The notes beneath the pieces are model-generated. The model searched no databases. It was not told the origin of the DNA and was given only the letters and a program-made list of their open reading frames with translations. From contig OX597814.1 in NCBI GenBank assembly GCA_951406725.2, forward strand, positions 218,178,001-218,242,000: a stretch of DNA of 64,000 nucleotides. The letters are read 5' to 3'. The DNA comes from Octopus vulgaris (Eukaryota). The position numbers were made by a program, and so were the translations under genes. Below are positions 1 to 13,000 of the stretch, one piece after another. Numbering within the stretch: position 1 is the first letter of the stretch; each line of letters starts with the position of its first letter.

Positions 1-185
1 CCACCGGTACTGGAACCAATAAAAATGATTTACAGGTAGATGTGCTTGAGTTTAACTTCAGTCTTGGCAGAGGTTAACCATTTTCAGTTACTATATTTCT
101 GCTGAAATCCATTGTTGTAATTTCAGTTAATTTTGAAAGTAATGAACATTTTAATGAAATAACTGTTATTAATTAAGCTGGTATA

Positions 186-385
186 AGGCAGTGAGCTGGC
201 AGAATCATTAACAAAATGCTTTGTGGTATTTCATGTTATGTTCTGAGTTCAGATTCTGCTGAGGTCAATTTTGTCTTTCATCTTTTCTGGGTCCATAAAA
301 TAAGTACTAACTGAGCGCTGGGGTTGATATAACCAACTCAGCCCCTCCCTTGAAATTTCTAGCCTTGTGCTAAAATTTGAAACCA
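186..385 (+). mobile_element. Degenerate tRNA-derived SINE (family D, Nin/Deu-like central domain)
   Basis: gagctggcagaatcatta...ttctgagttcagattctgctgaggtcaattttgtctttcatc...ataagtact resembles the intact copies at 41828-42057, 47772-48001 and 57923-58152. Confidence 0.65.
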
Positions 386-619
386 TTAATAAACTGGTGT
401 TTTTGAACATGAATTAACATGAAATTTTGACGGAAGGTTTTAATTTAATTTAACTTTAAAACAGAAGTTTGTATCATAACCTCAAAGGTGATGTCAGGTG
501 GTATGGTGCTTGTGAATGACACTAGTCTAACACAGTTAACTTTTCCAGGTATCTAATCTCTACAGCTGGGCATGAGCTGAGGTACAAATTAACAAATATA
601 TAACAAAGTATCTTGCTCA

Positions 620-2810
620 GTGGTACTAAATAAGGCAATTAAGTGTATGAAAACAGGGAAAGCCCTTGGCCCATCAGGAATCACTGCAGAAATGCTTAAA
701 ATATTTGGCAGTGTTGGATATAGTCTAGTCACCTGTATAGTCAATCAGGTGATACTTGAAGGAGTCATACTCAATGACTGGTGTAGAAACACCATAGTCA
801 ATTGCTACAAAGGTGATGCATTAGGTAGGAATAATTACAGAGGCATCAAGTTGTTAGATCAGGTGATGAAAGTGACGGAGTGGGTCATAGCCCAACTAAT
901 TAGGGTGAGAGTCAGTTTAGATGAGATGCAGTTTGGGTTTGTGCCAGGGAAAAGCTGGTAAGACAGCTGCAGGAGAAATACCTAGCCAGAGATAAACCTC
1001 TGTACCTGGCTTTCGTTGACATGGAGAAAGCCTTTGATAAGGTCCTCCGATCCCTTATCTGGTAGTCAATACAGAAACTAGGGATAGATAAGTGGTTAGT
1101 GAGAGCTGTACAAGCCATGTACAGTGATGCTGTCAGTAGGGCAAGGGTTGGTAATGAGTATAGTGAAGAATTCCGGGTAGAGGTAGGGGTCCACCAAGGA
1201 TTAGTTCTCAGCCCTCTCTTATTTGTCATAGTCTTCCAGGCAATAACAGAAGGAATTCAAGACAGGATACCACTGGGAGCTTCTCTATGCTGATGACCTT
1301 GCTCTAATAGCTGAGTCACTATCAAAACTAGAGAAGTTTCAGGTGTGGTAACAAGGTCTAGAAGTGAAGGGCCTTAAAGTTAATCCAGCAAAACCCAAAG
1401 TCTTAATAAGTAGGAAGGCAGACGAATCACAAATTCCTTCCAGAGAGATGGTCCTGCTCGATCTGAAGAGAAAGCATAGGTAGAAACTCCATAAGATGTA
1501 CTCAGTCTAACTAAGAGGTGTAACAATATCAAAGGAAGGCTAACTGGGAAAGTTTTTGTGTGTAGCAAATGCTCAGGGGCAATAAACACTGAAAATGTTC
1601 AGAAAACAGCTTCCGTCACATGCCAGAGGGAAAAACTAGAAGTAGTTCACAACTTCCATTACCTAGGTGACCAAATCAGTGACAGGAGTGGATGCTCTGA
1701 GAGTGTAGCTGCTAGAATAAGAATAGCCTGGCAAAGATCAGAGAGCTCCTACTTCTGCTGGTAACAAAGGGCCTCTTGCTCAGAGTAAAAGGTAGAGTGT
1801 ATGATGCATGTGTGTGAACAGCCATACTACATGGCAGTGAAACTGGGCCGTGACTGCTAAGGACATGCGTAAGCTTACAAAGAATGAAGCCAGTATGCTC
1901 CGATGGATGTGTATTGTCAGTGTGCATACACAACAGAGTGTAAGCATCATGAGAGAAAAGTTGGACATAAGAAGCATCAGATGTGGTGTGCAAGAGAGAC
2001 AACTGTGCTAGTATGGTCATGTGTTGCATATGGATGAGGACAGATATGTGAAAAAGTGTCACATCCTAGCAGTAGAGGGAACCTGTGGAAGACATGGGAT
2101 GAGGTGGTGAAGCACAACCTTCAAACATTGGGCCTCATGGAGGTGATGACAAGTGATTGAGACCTTTGGAGATATGCTGTGCTTGAGAAGACCCAATAAG
2201 CCAAGAGAGACTATGACTGTGGCCTATGCCAGTGCAGCATAACCAGCCCATTTAAGAGTACCATTCAATCATTGGGCAATAAACTGCGCTTGCGAAAACC
2301 TGTTGAGGCAAGTGAAGTCATTGTCGTGGCCAATGTCAGTACCACCTGACTAGCACTTGTGCCGGTGACATGTAAAAAGCACCATTCGAATATGATGGTT
2401 GCCAGTGTTACATAAAGAGTACCATTCGAGTACGGTCCATACCAGTACCGGTTGACTGGTCCCGTGCCAGTGGCATGTAAAAAGCATCATTCGAGCATGG
2501 TCTTTGCCAGTGCCGCCTTGCTGGCTCCCGTGCCAGTGGCATGTAAAAAGCACCATTCGAGCATGGTCTTTGCCAGTGCCGCCTTGCTGGCTCCCGTGCC
2601 AGTGGCATGTAAAAAGCACCATTCGAGCATGGTCTTTGCCAGTGCTGCCTTGCTGGCTCCCGTGCCAGTGGCATGTAAAAAGCACCATTCGAGCATGGTC
2701 TTTGCCAGTGCCGCCTTGCTGGCTCCCGTGCCAGTGGCATGTAAAAAGCACCATTCAAGCGTGGTCGATGCCAGTACCGCCTGACTGGTCCTCGTGCTGC
2801 TGGCATGTAA
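620..2810 (+). mobile_element. 5'-truncated, degraded RTE-clade LINE (RT to 3'UTR)
   Basis: Frameshifted RT peptides (NYRGIKLLDQVMKV, QFGFVPG, VGVHQG..LSPLLF, LYADDL); colinear with the element at 10020-13417. Confidence 0.92.
2455..2808 (+). repeat. 66-bp tandem repeat (~5 copies) in the RTE 3'UTR
   Basis: Unit ctggctcccgtgccagtggcatgtaaaaagcaccattcgagcatggtctttgccagtgccgccttg; period 66 (2521, 2587, ...). Confidence 0.95.
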
Positions 2811-3039
2811 GTATAAACTTAATATAAACTTAAACGAAATCTTAAATATTAAGATAAAAACACATTATATAAGACGAGACACAAGAAATTTAGAGAAAGG
2901 AGAAGTTACTCGATTATATCAACCTCAGTATATATCTGGTACTTCCTTTTATCAAGGATCAAAGTCAAAGTTGATCTCCGAGGGACAAAGAGCAACGCTT
3001 TTTGGTAAATGAAACGGATTGGAGCAAGGGAGATAATTC

Positions 3040-5010
3040 GATGCATGATTACCTACCTTGTCCTGCATAGATAGTGATAGAAAGAAGGAAGAAGAAAATT
3101 GTTCAAAAGCTTTAACCTTGGGCCTCACTTTCGAATACGATACGATGGTAGTTAACTTCTTAGATATTAACTCTGGTTTATATTACCTCAATAGAAATCT
3201 GGACGAGGTAGCTAAATATGTGGACAAATCCTCCAATCATCCCCCAAATGTACTAAAATCATTAGTAAAAGACATTTCGAGGTGAATTACTACACAATTA
3301 TTGGCTAATATGGATATATTTAACTCATACTCCCACTGCTATAACTCTGCTCTATCTAAGGCGGGATACAATTGGGAGATTGCATTCCTTAATTCAGAAA
3401 GTCTGACACTGAAAAGACCAAGATTTAAGCTGAACCATCTTCCAGAGTCCATCCATCATAGCATTATGATGGCTCTTTTTTTGGCCTGGGATCTTCTGAA
3501 GGTTCGTAGCACATTGGAGGCAGACAGAGATGAGACATGTCCCACATTCGACCCAGCGATTACGGAACGTATTTTCGGGTTCCGTACAGATGTTGCAGGT
3601 GTGATTTTCTGGGCAGTATTCTATTTTGGAGCAGTGACCAGTACATTACCCTATGTACTATACATACACTTTAGAGGAGTTGTAGTGCACCTGAGCACTG
3701 TACACAATTACTATTATTATTATTATATTATACCAACTAAACACAATAAAGAAAAGAAAATGTGAAAAAGGGCGAGAGCTCATCTAATTGAGTCTATAGA
3801 CCTACCAGAATTGCCCATAATATTCCTATTAAAATAAAGGAATAAGATGTATCACAATAATAAAATAGAATCTAAGGACAGTAAAATGTACAAAAATAGT
3901 GAGGATGAGAATAAGAAGTATGGAACCAATTTCAATAGTAACATAAATACCGATAATGATACTGTAATTAATAATCAAACTGGAGGTTTGGTAAGTAACA
4001 GGGAGGTGGATACGATCTGCTTTCATAAACATAAGAATACTTAGAATAATAAAATGGTTTGGTATAAAATTCCTTTCAATTGCACAATCTCTACTAAGAA
4101 TAATAAAATGGTTTGGTATAAAATTCCTTTCAATTGCACAATCTCTACTAAGAATAATAAAATGGTTTGGTATAAAATACCCTTCAATTGCACAATCTCT
4201 ACTAAAATGTTTAATAAATCTATGGCGATTTTGGAGAAAAACTTCCCAGCTTCCCCTAAGTGTAGCAAACTCTTCTCCTGTAGGAGAATCAGTTTCATAT
4301 TCTGCTCTTCCAAATATAGGTACGATTATAGCCCACGAGATTGATAATAATAATAATGGTAATAGTGGATTAACCCCTAATTATGGTTGTAATAATAGTA
4401 GATATGTAAGAAACCATAATATGGATAATAATAAGAACCCACTCTTAGCTAGTAACAATGTAGTCACCATAGATAACAGAGCCAATAAAGCCTAGACGAA
4501 ACACCAAGTATCCCAAATGCAACCATTACTAGCATAATATCAAATGACATAATCCAAAACGATGGGGCCAATATAAACAGATGTAATAATACCTATTATA
4601 AAAACTCAAATACATAACACTTGATAATACTTCTATGAATTTGAGCAATACCTTGAATGGCAACACTATAAATGTTAATGATAGGGCAAGTAATGCTAAT
4701 ATTAATATCCACAGTTGCGATTGTAGAAAAGGATCCCAATGCCCATTTTTGGGTCAGCGTTTAGTTGAAAATGTCATATATAAATGTTTAGCAATGACAG
4801 AATTACAGAAACTAATAACTTCAATTGTATCAGGTGCTCTGTAAATAAGAGAAAATGCTTGAATAACCATTTTTTGTCCTTTAGACTTAGGCATAAAGCC
4901 AACAGTACCTCATTATCTATGAAAATATAGGAAGGATAGTGATAGTGAATTTAGCATAAAATGAGTTAGAGTCCATAGAGCTCAGCCATACACAAACAGC
5001 CGATCTATGC
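3040..5010 (+). mobile_element. Degraded Penelope-like element (RT C-terminus, linker, GIY-YIG endonuclease region)
   Basis: VNFLDI...YVDKSSNHPPNVLK...YNSALSKAGY (RT thumb); VWYKIPFN..ISTK..LEKNFP (WFNPP-like); CDCRKGSQCPFLGQRLVENVIYKC; NNHFLSFRLRHKANSTSLS. Confidence 0.8.
4043..4206 (+). repeat. 54-bp tandem triplication inside the Penelope-like remnant
   Basis: ATGs at 4054, 4108 and 4162; encodes NNKMVWYKIPFNCTISTK three times. Confidence 0.95.
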
Positions 5011-6203
5011 ATCATCGTCATCATTTAGCATCTGCTTTCCATGCTCGTATGGGTTAGACAATCTGACTGGAACTGGTAAGCTGGAGAGCTGTAACAGGTT
5101 CTAGACACTACTTTGGTATGGTTTCTACAGCTGGATACCTTTCTTAGCACCAACCACTTTACATATTATGGTACCAATACTAAAGAGTTCATCATGTACT
5201 CTAAAGTTGTGTTCTTAACACTAATAGCTCAATAGTCAACTAGTAATTGTGCAATACCTTTAAGCTGTCTTACTGTGGCTAGTAGTATTTTATGGTTTGA
5301 AATGTTGACTTACTGAATATAGGTGCATGTGAGTGCATTTCTGTTTTTTTGGTTAAGCTTACTTTGCAGTTACAGGACTCTGGTTCAATCTCATTGCACT
5401 TCATATGGGCAGGTGTTTTTTACTATACTTTAACTAAAGCCTTGCCAGTGAAATTTGTTAGATATCATGTGGAAGGTCATCACAAGGACAATTGCTGTTC
5501 TTGTGTAGCAGAATCAATCTATCACTGTTTAAAGTCAATACCTTGCCATTGGCTACCTTTTAGTAGAGTCTATGCTGTTTATAGACATTTGAGCTAGTTC
5601 TCAGCTTTGAGAATAACTTCTATCTTTCCTTCCATCAATCTCAGAGCTTCTGAAAAAAAAATCCCGTGTGCTACCCTTTTCCATTTCCTTTGACAAAACA
5701 GTTATGAAAAAATAAAAAAACTGAATGTTATAAAAGGTAGATAGGTGCTTGGTTCTTTTTATTTTTAGTGAATACCAATTCTCTCTCCAACCCATTACAA
5801 ATGAAGTCCACAACAACAAAAAATCAAAAGCACAAAGTCAGGGGTTGGCACAGTTCTTATAACATTGACCCTTTCACTTCAATGATTCATCATTGACAGG
5901 TTATTGATACCTATAATGTAAATTTCTAAATATTAAAATGTATAATTAACATAAAACTTTTTGATTTATAAACAATAATTTTCTTATGCTTTTGTGTCAT
6001 TCATTACCACATAAGAAACATTTCAAGAAATTTAATGAAAATACTAAAACAAAATTAACTATATTGATATAGTTGGAATAGTTAATGTTTATTGAGCCCG
6101 AGGGTAGCCACAGAGACCCTGCTGGTCTAAGTACACAATAGAAATGTTTGTTGTGAATTTGATCCTAACATACATGAGTTCAGTCTCCAACTTACTCAGG
6201 TAA

Positions 6204-6589
6204 TCTCTCTCTATATAAACGGCAGTTTGTCTGTGCGTGTTTCTGTGTGTCTGTTTTCTCGTACCCTCACTCTGACCACGGCTTTCAACCGATTCTGATG
6301 AAACTTGACACACACATAGCCCAATGTCATAATTCAAAACTAACGCAGCGAAAATTTTGAAAAGTTCCCCCAGTTCAGAAAAAGATCGATAAATTCGACA
6401 TGGGGTCGGCAATCAGAAACACAAACCGCAGATGGTGTAGGGGACGCAACTCGGCCTTTTTAACTATCAAAAAAAAATTTACCATAATTTTTTTCCCAAT
6501 TTTTTTGCTATTTTTTGGCTATAACTCTCTAAAAGTGCTTTATAGTTATTTCCCTTACAAACCCGAGCAACGCCGGGCGATACTGCTAG
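6204..6589 (+). mobile_element. Non-autonomous Helitron
   Basis: A|TC 5' end; subterminal GC-rich hairpin cccgagcaacgccggg; CTAG|T 3' end; no TSD. Confidence 0.85.
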
Positions 6590-6737
6590 TATGTCAAAAG
6601 AGAACAGAAGAACAAAATTGCATAACAATGAAAACAGTTATTTACGGCAGACAACATAGAATTAAAAAAATAACTAATAAAATGAATCATTAAAATACAT
6701 GGAGACAAGAAGCACGAGAGAAAAAAAGGAGACAAAC

Positions 6738-6883
6738 CTAAGAAAGAGCCACCATCACAGTAAAGGAAGCAGACCATATTCCAGTCATGAAAATCAGGGT
6801 TCACCAAGTCATCACTTGACATAAAACCTTCAAATCTAGCAGAAACTGGTGCTTTAAGGCTTGAACCAACCTCAGTGAAGCTT
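6738..6883 (-). CDS. Pectin-acetylesterase/Notum-family hydrolase, coding exon 3
   Basis: Acceptor ctttctag|A, donor G|gtttgt; 146 nt, phase 2 to phase 1; (R)SFTEVGSS...FEGFMSSDDLVNPDFHDWNMVCFLYCDGGSFL(G). Confidence 0.9.
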
Positions 6884-7056
6884 CTAGAAAGGACAGAATG
6901 AAAAAGAAGAAAGAAAATAGGTTTCAATAAAGAAGCAGCAACCAACAGATGAGCATTGATGTCTTATGATTGTTCATTGTTGTAAATTATTTATTTGTAT
7001 ATAAAAAAAAAAAGTTCTTGTTCATGGAGAGAAGATATTGATCATTACTGGCTTAA

Positions 7057-7276
7057 CCCTTTCATTACTGTATTTATTTTGAGATGCTCTGTGTTTCTTT
7101 TAATTACTTTAAATATAACAAAATATTTAGTAAAATAACTTAGTTATCATTAAGCTAGTGTTAGGAACAGAAATTGTGACTAAGGTTTGGTGGAAGATTT
7201 TAATTCAAAACTTATGAAAACAAGACATTTGTCCTCAGAGCCAGAGCCAGTTTCAGCCGGGTTGGTAATGAAAGGG
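7057..7276. mobile_element. piggyBac-type MITE (family 1)
   Basis: TTAA|ccctttcattac ... gtaatgaaaggg|TTAA; degenerate relatives near 74-500 and 28023-28210. Confidence 0.8.
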
Positions 7277-7468
7277 TTAAGACAAATGTTTTAAACAGAT
7301 CAGAGAAATGGAAAGTTTTAGTAAGACAGAAACAGTTACTAAAGAGTCACAAACATGAGAAGTTATAGCGAAAATGAACATGCAAATATTGCAAGCACTT
7401 CCAAAGGTCTTCTGTGACTGAAAATTCTTATCATGGTAAAGGCCCAGCTTTTGTTCTGTGGTTTAGAT

Positions 7469-7713
7469 CAGTGGTTCTCAACTAGGGTCCATACAAGATT
7501 AAAATTTGTAGTTAAAATTTATGTGCAATAAATTGCTTTTACTTCCACAATACACAAAATATTAAAATGTTTTTAAAAATACATTTCCTAATAACATTTA
7601 ATTATAAAAATACAGTAGGATGTTTTTTATACACATTAAATGGCTACGGAAGACCAGTAGAGTAAAATAGGAATCAAAAAGGTCCATAAGTAAAAAATGA
7701 TTGAGAACCACTG
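7469..7713. mobile_element. hAT-type MITE
   Basis: TIRs cagtggttctcaa / ttgagaaccactg; no clear 8-bp TSD. Confidence 0.65.
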
Positions 7714-7944
7714 AATTGAACGGAAACCGAGCCACTGCGGCATTGGCAGCGGAACAGAGCGCGACTGTCTACATGTAATTCTCAAATGACATTGGGTGCG
7801 AAAGTTGAAACTGCTCCTTGTTAAATGTAGCAGCAGCTAGGTAGGTAAAGCTTTAAGACAAGTAGATCAGCCTAGCTAACATGATCCTAGATACTTCGAG
7901 GAAGCAGAAGTCTTCAGAGCTACACCAGAGTCTCATTGAATTAT

Positions 7945-8960
7945 AGAACCCATCGCTTCCATTCTTCCATGGGTTGGACAGTTTGACTGAGGGCTGGCAA
8001 GCCAGAAGGCTGCACCAGGCTCCAATCTGACCTGGCAAAGTATCTACAGTTGGATACCCTTCCTAATGCCAACCACTCTGAGAATGTAGTGCATGCTTTT
8101 TACATGGCACCGGCACAAGGGCCAGTCAGGCAGTATTAGCAACAACCCTGCTCGAATGGTGTTTTTTACATGCCACCGGCATGGAAGCCAGTCAGGCGGC
8201 ACTGGCAGCAATCATACTTGAAAGGTAATTTTTAAGTGCCACTGGCATCGACCACACATGAATGGTGCTTCTTATGTGCCACTGGCACGTGTGCCAATCA
8301 GGCAGTACTGTCATTAGCCACGACAATGACTTCACTTGACTCAACAGCAGCAGTTTATTGCCCAATGATTGAAGGGTGCTCTTAAATGGGCCAGTTATGC
8401 TGCACTGGCATAAGTCACAGTTATGGTCTCATTTGGTTTGCTGGGTCTTCTCAAGCACAGCATATCTCCAAAGGTCTCGGTCACTTATCATTGCCTCTGT
8501 GAGGCCCAATTTTTGAAGGTTGTACTTCACCACCTCATCCCAGGCTTTATTGCCCCTGAGCATCTGCCACACACAAAAACTATCTTCCCAGTTAGCCTTC
8601 CTTTGAGGTCCATAGCTTACACTGGGTACCTCTTATGGAGTTTCTACCTACGCCTTTTCTACAGATCAAGCAGGGCCATCTACCTGAAGGAATTTGTGAT
8701 TTGTCAGCCTTCCTACTTATTAAAACTCTGGTTTTTGCTAGATTGACTCTAAGGTCCATCGATTCTAGACCATCTTTCTAGTCGCCATCTTCCCTGTTTT
8801 CCTGGCAAGGATACAATCAATTTGACTTGTGTGTCCACTAGATTGGTAGGTGAATAGGTGACTGGCAGGTTTCCTGAAGTTAGTATTACAAACCAAAAGA
8901 TCATTCGCATTGCAGAACTCTTGCAGCCTGGTTCCTTCCTCCTTATCGCGAAACAAGGAC
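7945..8960 (-). mobile_element. Internally deleted RTE LINE remnant
   Basis: Endonuclease piece (EFCNANDLLVCNTNFRKP..TYQS...SQID), RT C-terminal pieces, 3'UTR repeats and the ttaggaagggtatcca tail motif. Confidence 0.85.
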
Positions 8961-9460
8961 AAGGGGGGGGGGGGGGCTTATGATGGTAGATAAGTGTTCA
9001 ATGGAAAATAAAGTGATAAGTAATAATAATGAGAATGTGGGATGGGTGACAAAAGGAAGTGGTGCCAAAGAGAGGGATGATTGGTGACACGAATATGAGT
9101 AGATCTCTTACACAATTACAGCTGAGTAACTAGTGCCATAGTTAGTAGAGTTATGGAGGGACGGGTGTTAGGAAATGTTGTGCAGAAGGCTTAACAAGGA
9201 CAGATTGAATGCAAGGGCATATATATGCACACACATATATGAATATACATCTATATCGGTGTATACAACTGAAGTAGTGTCTAAATAAAATAGTCATTTG
9301 TATATCAAACTAAATGTATATACACCATAGAAAAGCATTTTGTCTGAGAAAAAATCTCTTCATAGACATGTTGTGTCAAAAACATAATATATATCGAAGT
9401 GAAATGATATTCTATCATTAATAAAACTGTTGTCATTAATATTGAAATAAATGAACTCAC

Positions 9461-9542
9461 CTCTTGTAACATTCACTTTCAGTTGAACACCAAGTTCCAC
9501 CTTGAAGATGGAGTATCCAGAAATTCTGTGAAGAGCCTCTAC
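9461..9542 (-). CDS. Pectin-acetylesterase/Notum-family hydrolase, coding exon 2 (not in the ORF track)
   Basis: Acceptor tcttttcctag|GT, donor AG|gtgagt; 82 nt, phase 1 to phase 2; (G)RGSSQNFWILHLQGGTWCSTESECYK(R). Confidence 0.9.
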
Positions 9543-9619
9543 CTAGGAAAAGATAGGTAAAAGAATAAGTATTCATTGGGATAAAGAAACAAACAATAAA
9601 TCAAATTGGTTTCAAATAT

Positions 9620-9930
9620 CTTTATTGGGGTTGCTGGTGTGTAGCTCAGAGATCAGGGAATCTCTCTAGTCATTTCTTCTCCACATTGAGGTTACCGGTC
9701 CAGTACTATGGGCATGTAATTAGAATGTCACAGGAAAGAATCGCAAAGAGGGATTCTTCAAGCTGAACCAAATGGTAGGAGACCAAGAACAAGATGGTTC
9801 CATAATATCCATAGTGTTAGTTGGTCATGCTTAGGAATTCAGCCAGAAAGTCTAATGATGTTTGCTTCTTATAGGGCCCTACAGAGGAGGTACCTGAGGG
9901 CTAAGAACTTCCAAGGGGAAGCAACCAGAT
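9620..9930 (+). mobile_element. Old RTE-like LINE 3' fragment (second family)
   Basis: YYGHVIRMSQERIAK...GRRPRTRWFHNI; similar to 35600-36065. Confidence 0.6.
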
Positions 9931-10019
9931 ATTATGAGTTTACTAATTTCAATATAGTACAAAGGCACCCAGATGAAAAATGCCACGAAGATGATCACCA
10001 CCACAACAACCCTCTTCTT

Positions 10020-13000
10020 TTTAGGCGCTGAATTGCTCCCCTCCTCCCCAGTTTTCAGAGTTGGCACTGTCAATGTTGGTACATTGAAAGGTAGGTCTAG
10101 TGAGATTGTAGAGATGCTTGAGAGAAGACAGGTTGATGTATGCTGCATACAAGAGGTAAGATGGAGAGGTGCTTCAGCTAGGGTCCTCACAGGCAAGGCA
10201 CTTAGGTACAAAGTCTTCTGGCAAGGTAACATGGAAGGTGTAGGGGGGTGTAGGCATTCTCCTTGCGGAGAAATGGGTGGATAAGGTCATAGAGGTAGTC
10301 AGGGTTTGCGATAGAGTGCTTAAGCTCAGGTTGATCCTACAGAGTGGCACAGCTACTTTTAATCTTTTAATCTGCAACACTAACTTCAAGAAGCCTGACT
10401 GCCACCTTATAAACCTATCAGTCAGGAGACTCCGCTAGCCAAATAGACTTCAACCTCACCAGACAGCGGGATGCAGGGTCGCTTTTGAATACAAAGACAC
10501 TCCCGGGTGAAGAATGTATCCCTCAGCATAGACTAATCATCAGTGACTTTAAGCTTGAGGCCAGAAGGACTCCAAGAAACAAACCAATCCAGAAAAGAAG
10601 GATTTGGAAGCTAAAGAACCCTTCACATGGTCAGAGATTTAGGGACATCCTCATCAAGAAATTTGATGAGAGGGAGGAGGAGCTTCAGACGTCAGACATA
10701 GAAGGTAGCTGGGAATTCCTACGGGACAGCTTGCTGAGTGCCACAGACCGAGTCTGTGGATGGTGCAAAGTCCCTTCCAGACCTAGAGTTACGTGGTGGT
10801 GGAATAGTGCAGTAGACAAAGCCATTAGTGCAAAGAGACGGGCCTGGAAAGCCTGGAGGGATGGGGGTAGCAGGGAACTGTACCAGGTAGCCAAAAGGGA
10901 GGCTGGGCGGCAGGTATACATAGCCAAAGATGTAGCAGAAAAGAAGAAGTTTGCCAATGTCCAGCGACGTGAGGACCAAAGAGCTGAGGTATTTCGGATT
11001 GCCAGACAGTGTGTGAGAGAAAATAGTGATGTTACAGGAGAGAAATGTGTCCGCATGGATGATGGGGCACTTGCTTTTACTGTTGGTGAAAAGAAAGAGG
11101 CTTGGAGAAGCCATTATGAAAGACTGCTGAATGAGGAGAATGAATGGGAGGAGGAGAGCCTGCCAAATGTTGACCCAGTAGAGGGACCAGCTACCCGAAT
11201 AGACAGCTCCCTTGTAGTTAAGGCAATTAAGGATATGAAACCAGGTAAAGCCCCCGGCCCATCAGGAATCACTGCTGAGATGCTTAAAACAGCTGGCTAT
11301 GTGGGCTATGGCCTAGTCACCCGCATTGTAAACCAGGTAGTTCATAATGGAGTCATACCCAATGACTGGCGTAGCAGCACCATAGTCAACTGCTACAAGG
11401 GTAAGGGTGATGCTCTAGATAGAAATAACTACAGGGGTATTAAACTGTTGGATCAGGTGATGAAGGTCACAGAGAGGGTCATAACCCATCTCATTAGGGA
11501 GAGAATTTGCTTAGATGAGATGCAGTTCGGTTTTGTGCCGGGTAGAAGCACCACTGATGCTATATTCCTGGTCCGACAACTGCAGGAGAAGTACCTAGCT
11601 AAAGATAAACCCCTCTACATAGCTTTTGTGGACTTGGAGAAAGCCTTTGACAGGGTTCCCCGTTCCCTTATCTGGTGGTCGATGCGGAAACTGGAGATTG
11701 ACGAATGGCTAATAAGGGCTGTACAGGCTCTATACAGAGAGGCTGTCAGCAAGGTTAGGATTGGCAACGAATATAGTGAAGAATTCCGGGTAGAAGTAGG
11801 TGTGCACCAAGGCTCAGCCCTCAGTCCCCTTTTATTCATCATAGTCCTCCAGGCAATAACAGAGGAATTCAAAACAGGATGCCCCTGGGAGCTCCTCTAT
11901 GCTGATGACCTGGCTCTCATAGCAGAATCACTACCGGAACTAGAAAAGAAATTTCGGGTGTGGAAGCAAGGGTTAGAATCAAAGGGCCTTAGAGTAAATG
12001 TAGCAAAGACCAAAGTTATAGTAAGCAGAAAGGCGAACTCAGCACACACCCCTGGGCAGGTGGCCCTGCTCGATCTGTAGGAAAGGTGTAGGTAGAAACT
12101 CCATAAGATGCACCCAATGTAAGCTATGGACGCATAAGAGGTGCAGCAACATTAAAGGGAAATTAACTGATAAGATAGCTTTCATGTGCGGCAGATGCAC
12201 AGGGACAATAGACACCACAAGACACTCAGAAAACAGATTCCATCACACTCCAGGGGGAGAAACTAGAAGTAGTTGATAGTTTCCGCTACCTGGGTGACCA
12301 AGTTAGTAGTGGAGGTGGATGCACAGAGAGTATCACCACTAGAATACGAATAGCCTGGGCAAAGTTCAGAAAGCTCCTACCCCTACTGGCGACAAAGGGT
12401 CTCTCGCTCAGAGCGAAAGGTAGATTGTATGATGCATGTGTGCGAACTGCCATGCTTCACGGTAGTGAAACATGGGCTGTGACTGCAGAGGACATGCGTA
12501 GACTTGAAAGAAATGAAGCTAGCATGATCCGCTGGATGTGTAATGTCAGTGTGCACGCACGACAGAGTGTAAGCACCCTGAGAGAAATGCTGGATATAAG
12601 AAGCATCAGATGTGGTGTGCAAGAGCGACGCTTGCGATGGTATGGTCATGTGCTGCGGATGGATGAGGAGAGATGTGTGAAGAAGTGCCACTCCCAAACA
12701 GTTGAAGGTATCAGGGGAGAGGTAGACCCAGGAAGACATGGGATGAGGTAGTCAAGCATGACCTCAGAGCGTTGGGCCTCACTGAGGCAATGGCGAAGGA
12801 CCGAGATCTCTGGAGATATGCTGTGACTGCAAAGACCCGGGCTGCTTCCTGCATCAGTTCCGCATAGCCCCTGCCCATTCAAAGTACCCTGGATCCCAGA
12901 ACGTCCCGCTGTGCTTGAGGAGACCTGTTGAGTCAAGAACATGAACATCGAAATAAATATCAATGGAAATAGTAGTTGTGATGCCTGTGCCGATGGCACA

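Noticed and set aside
2455-2808. CRISPR-like array
   Set aside because: Contiguous tandem units without unique spacers, no cas genes, and located in a LINE 3'UTR.
5560-5650. Possible fourth PAE exon after a ttttttttcag acceptor
   Set aside because: The required phase hits a stop after ~18 codons and shows no PAE motifs.
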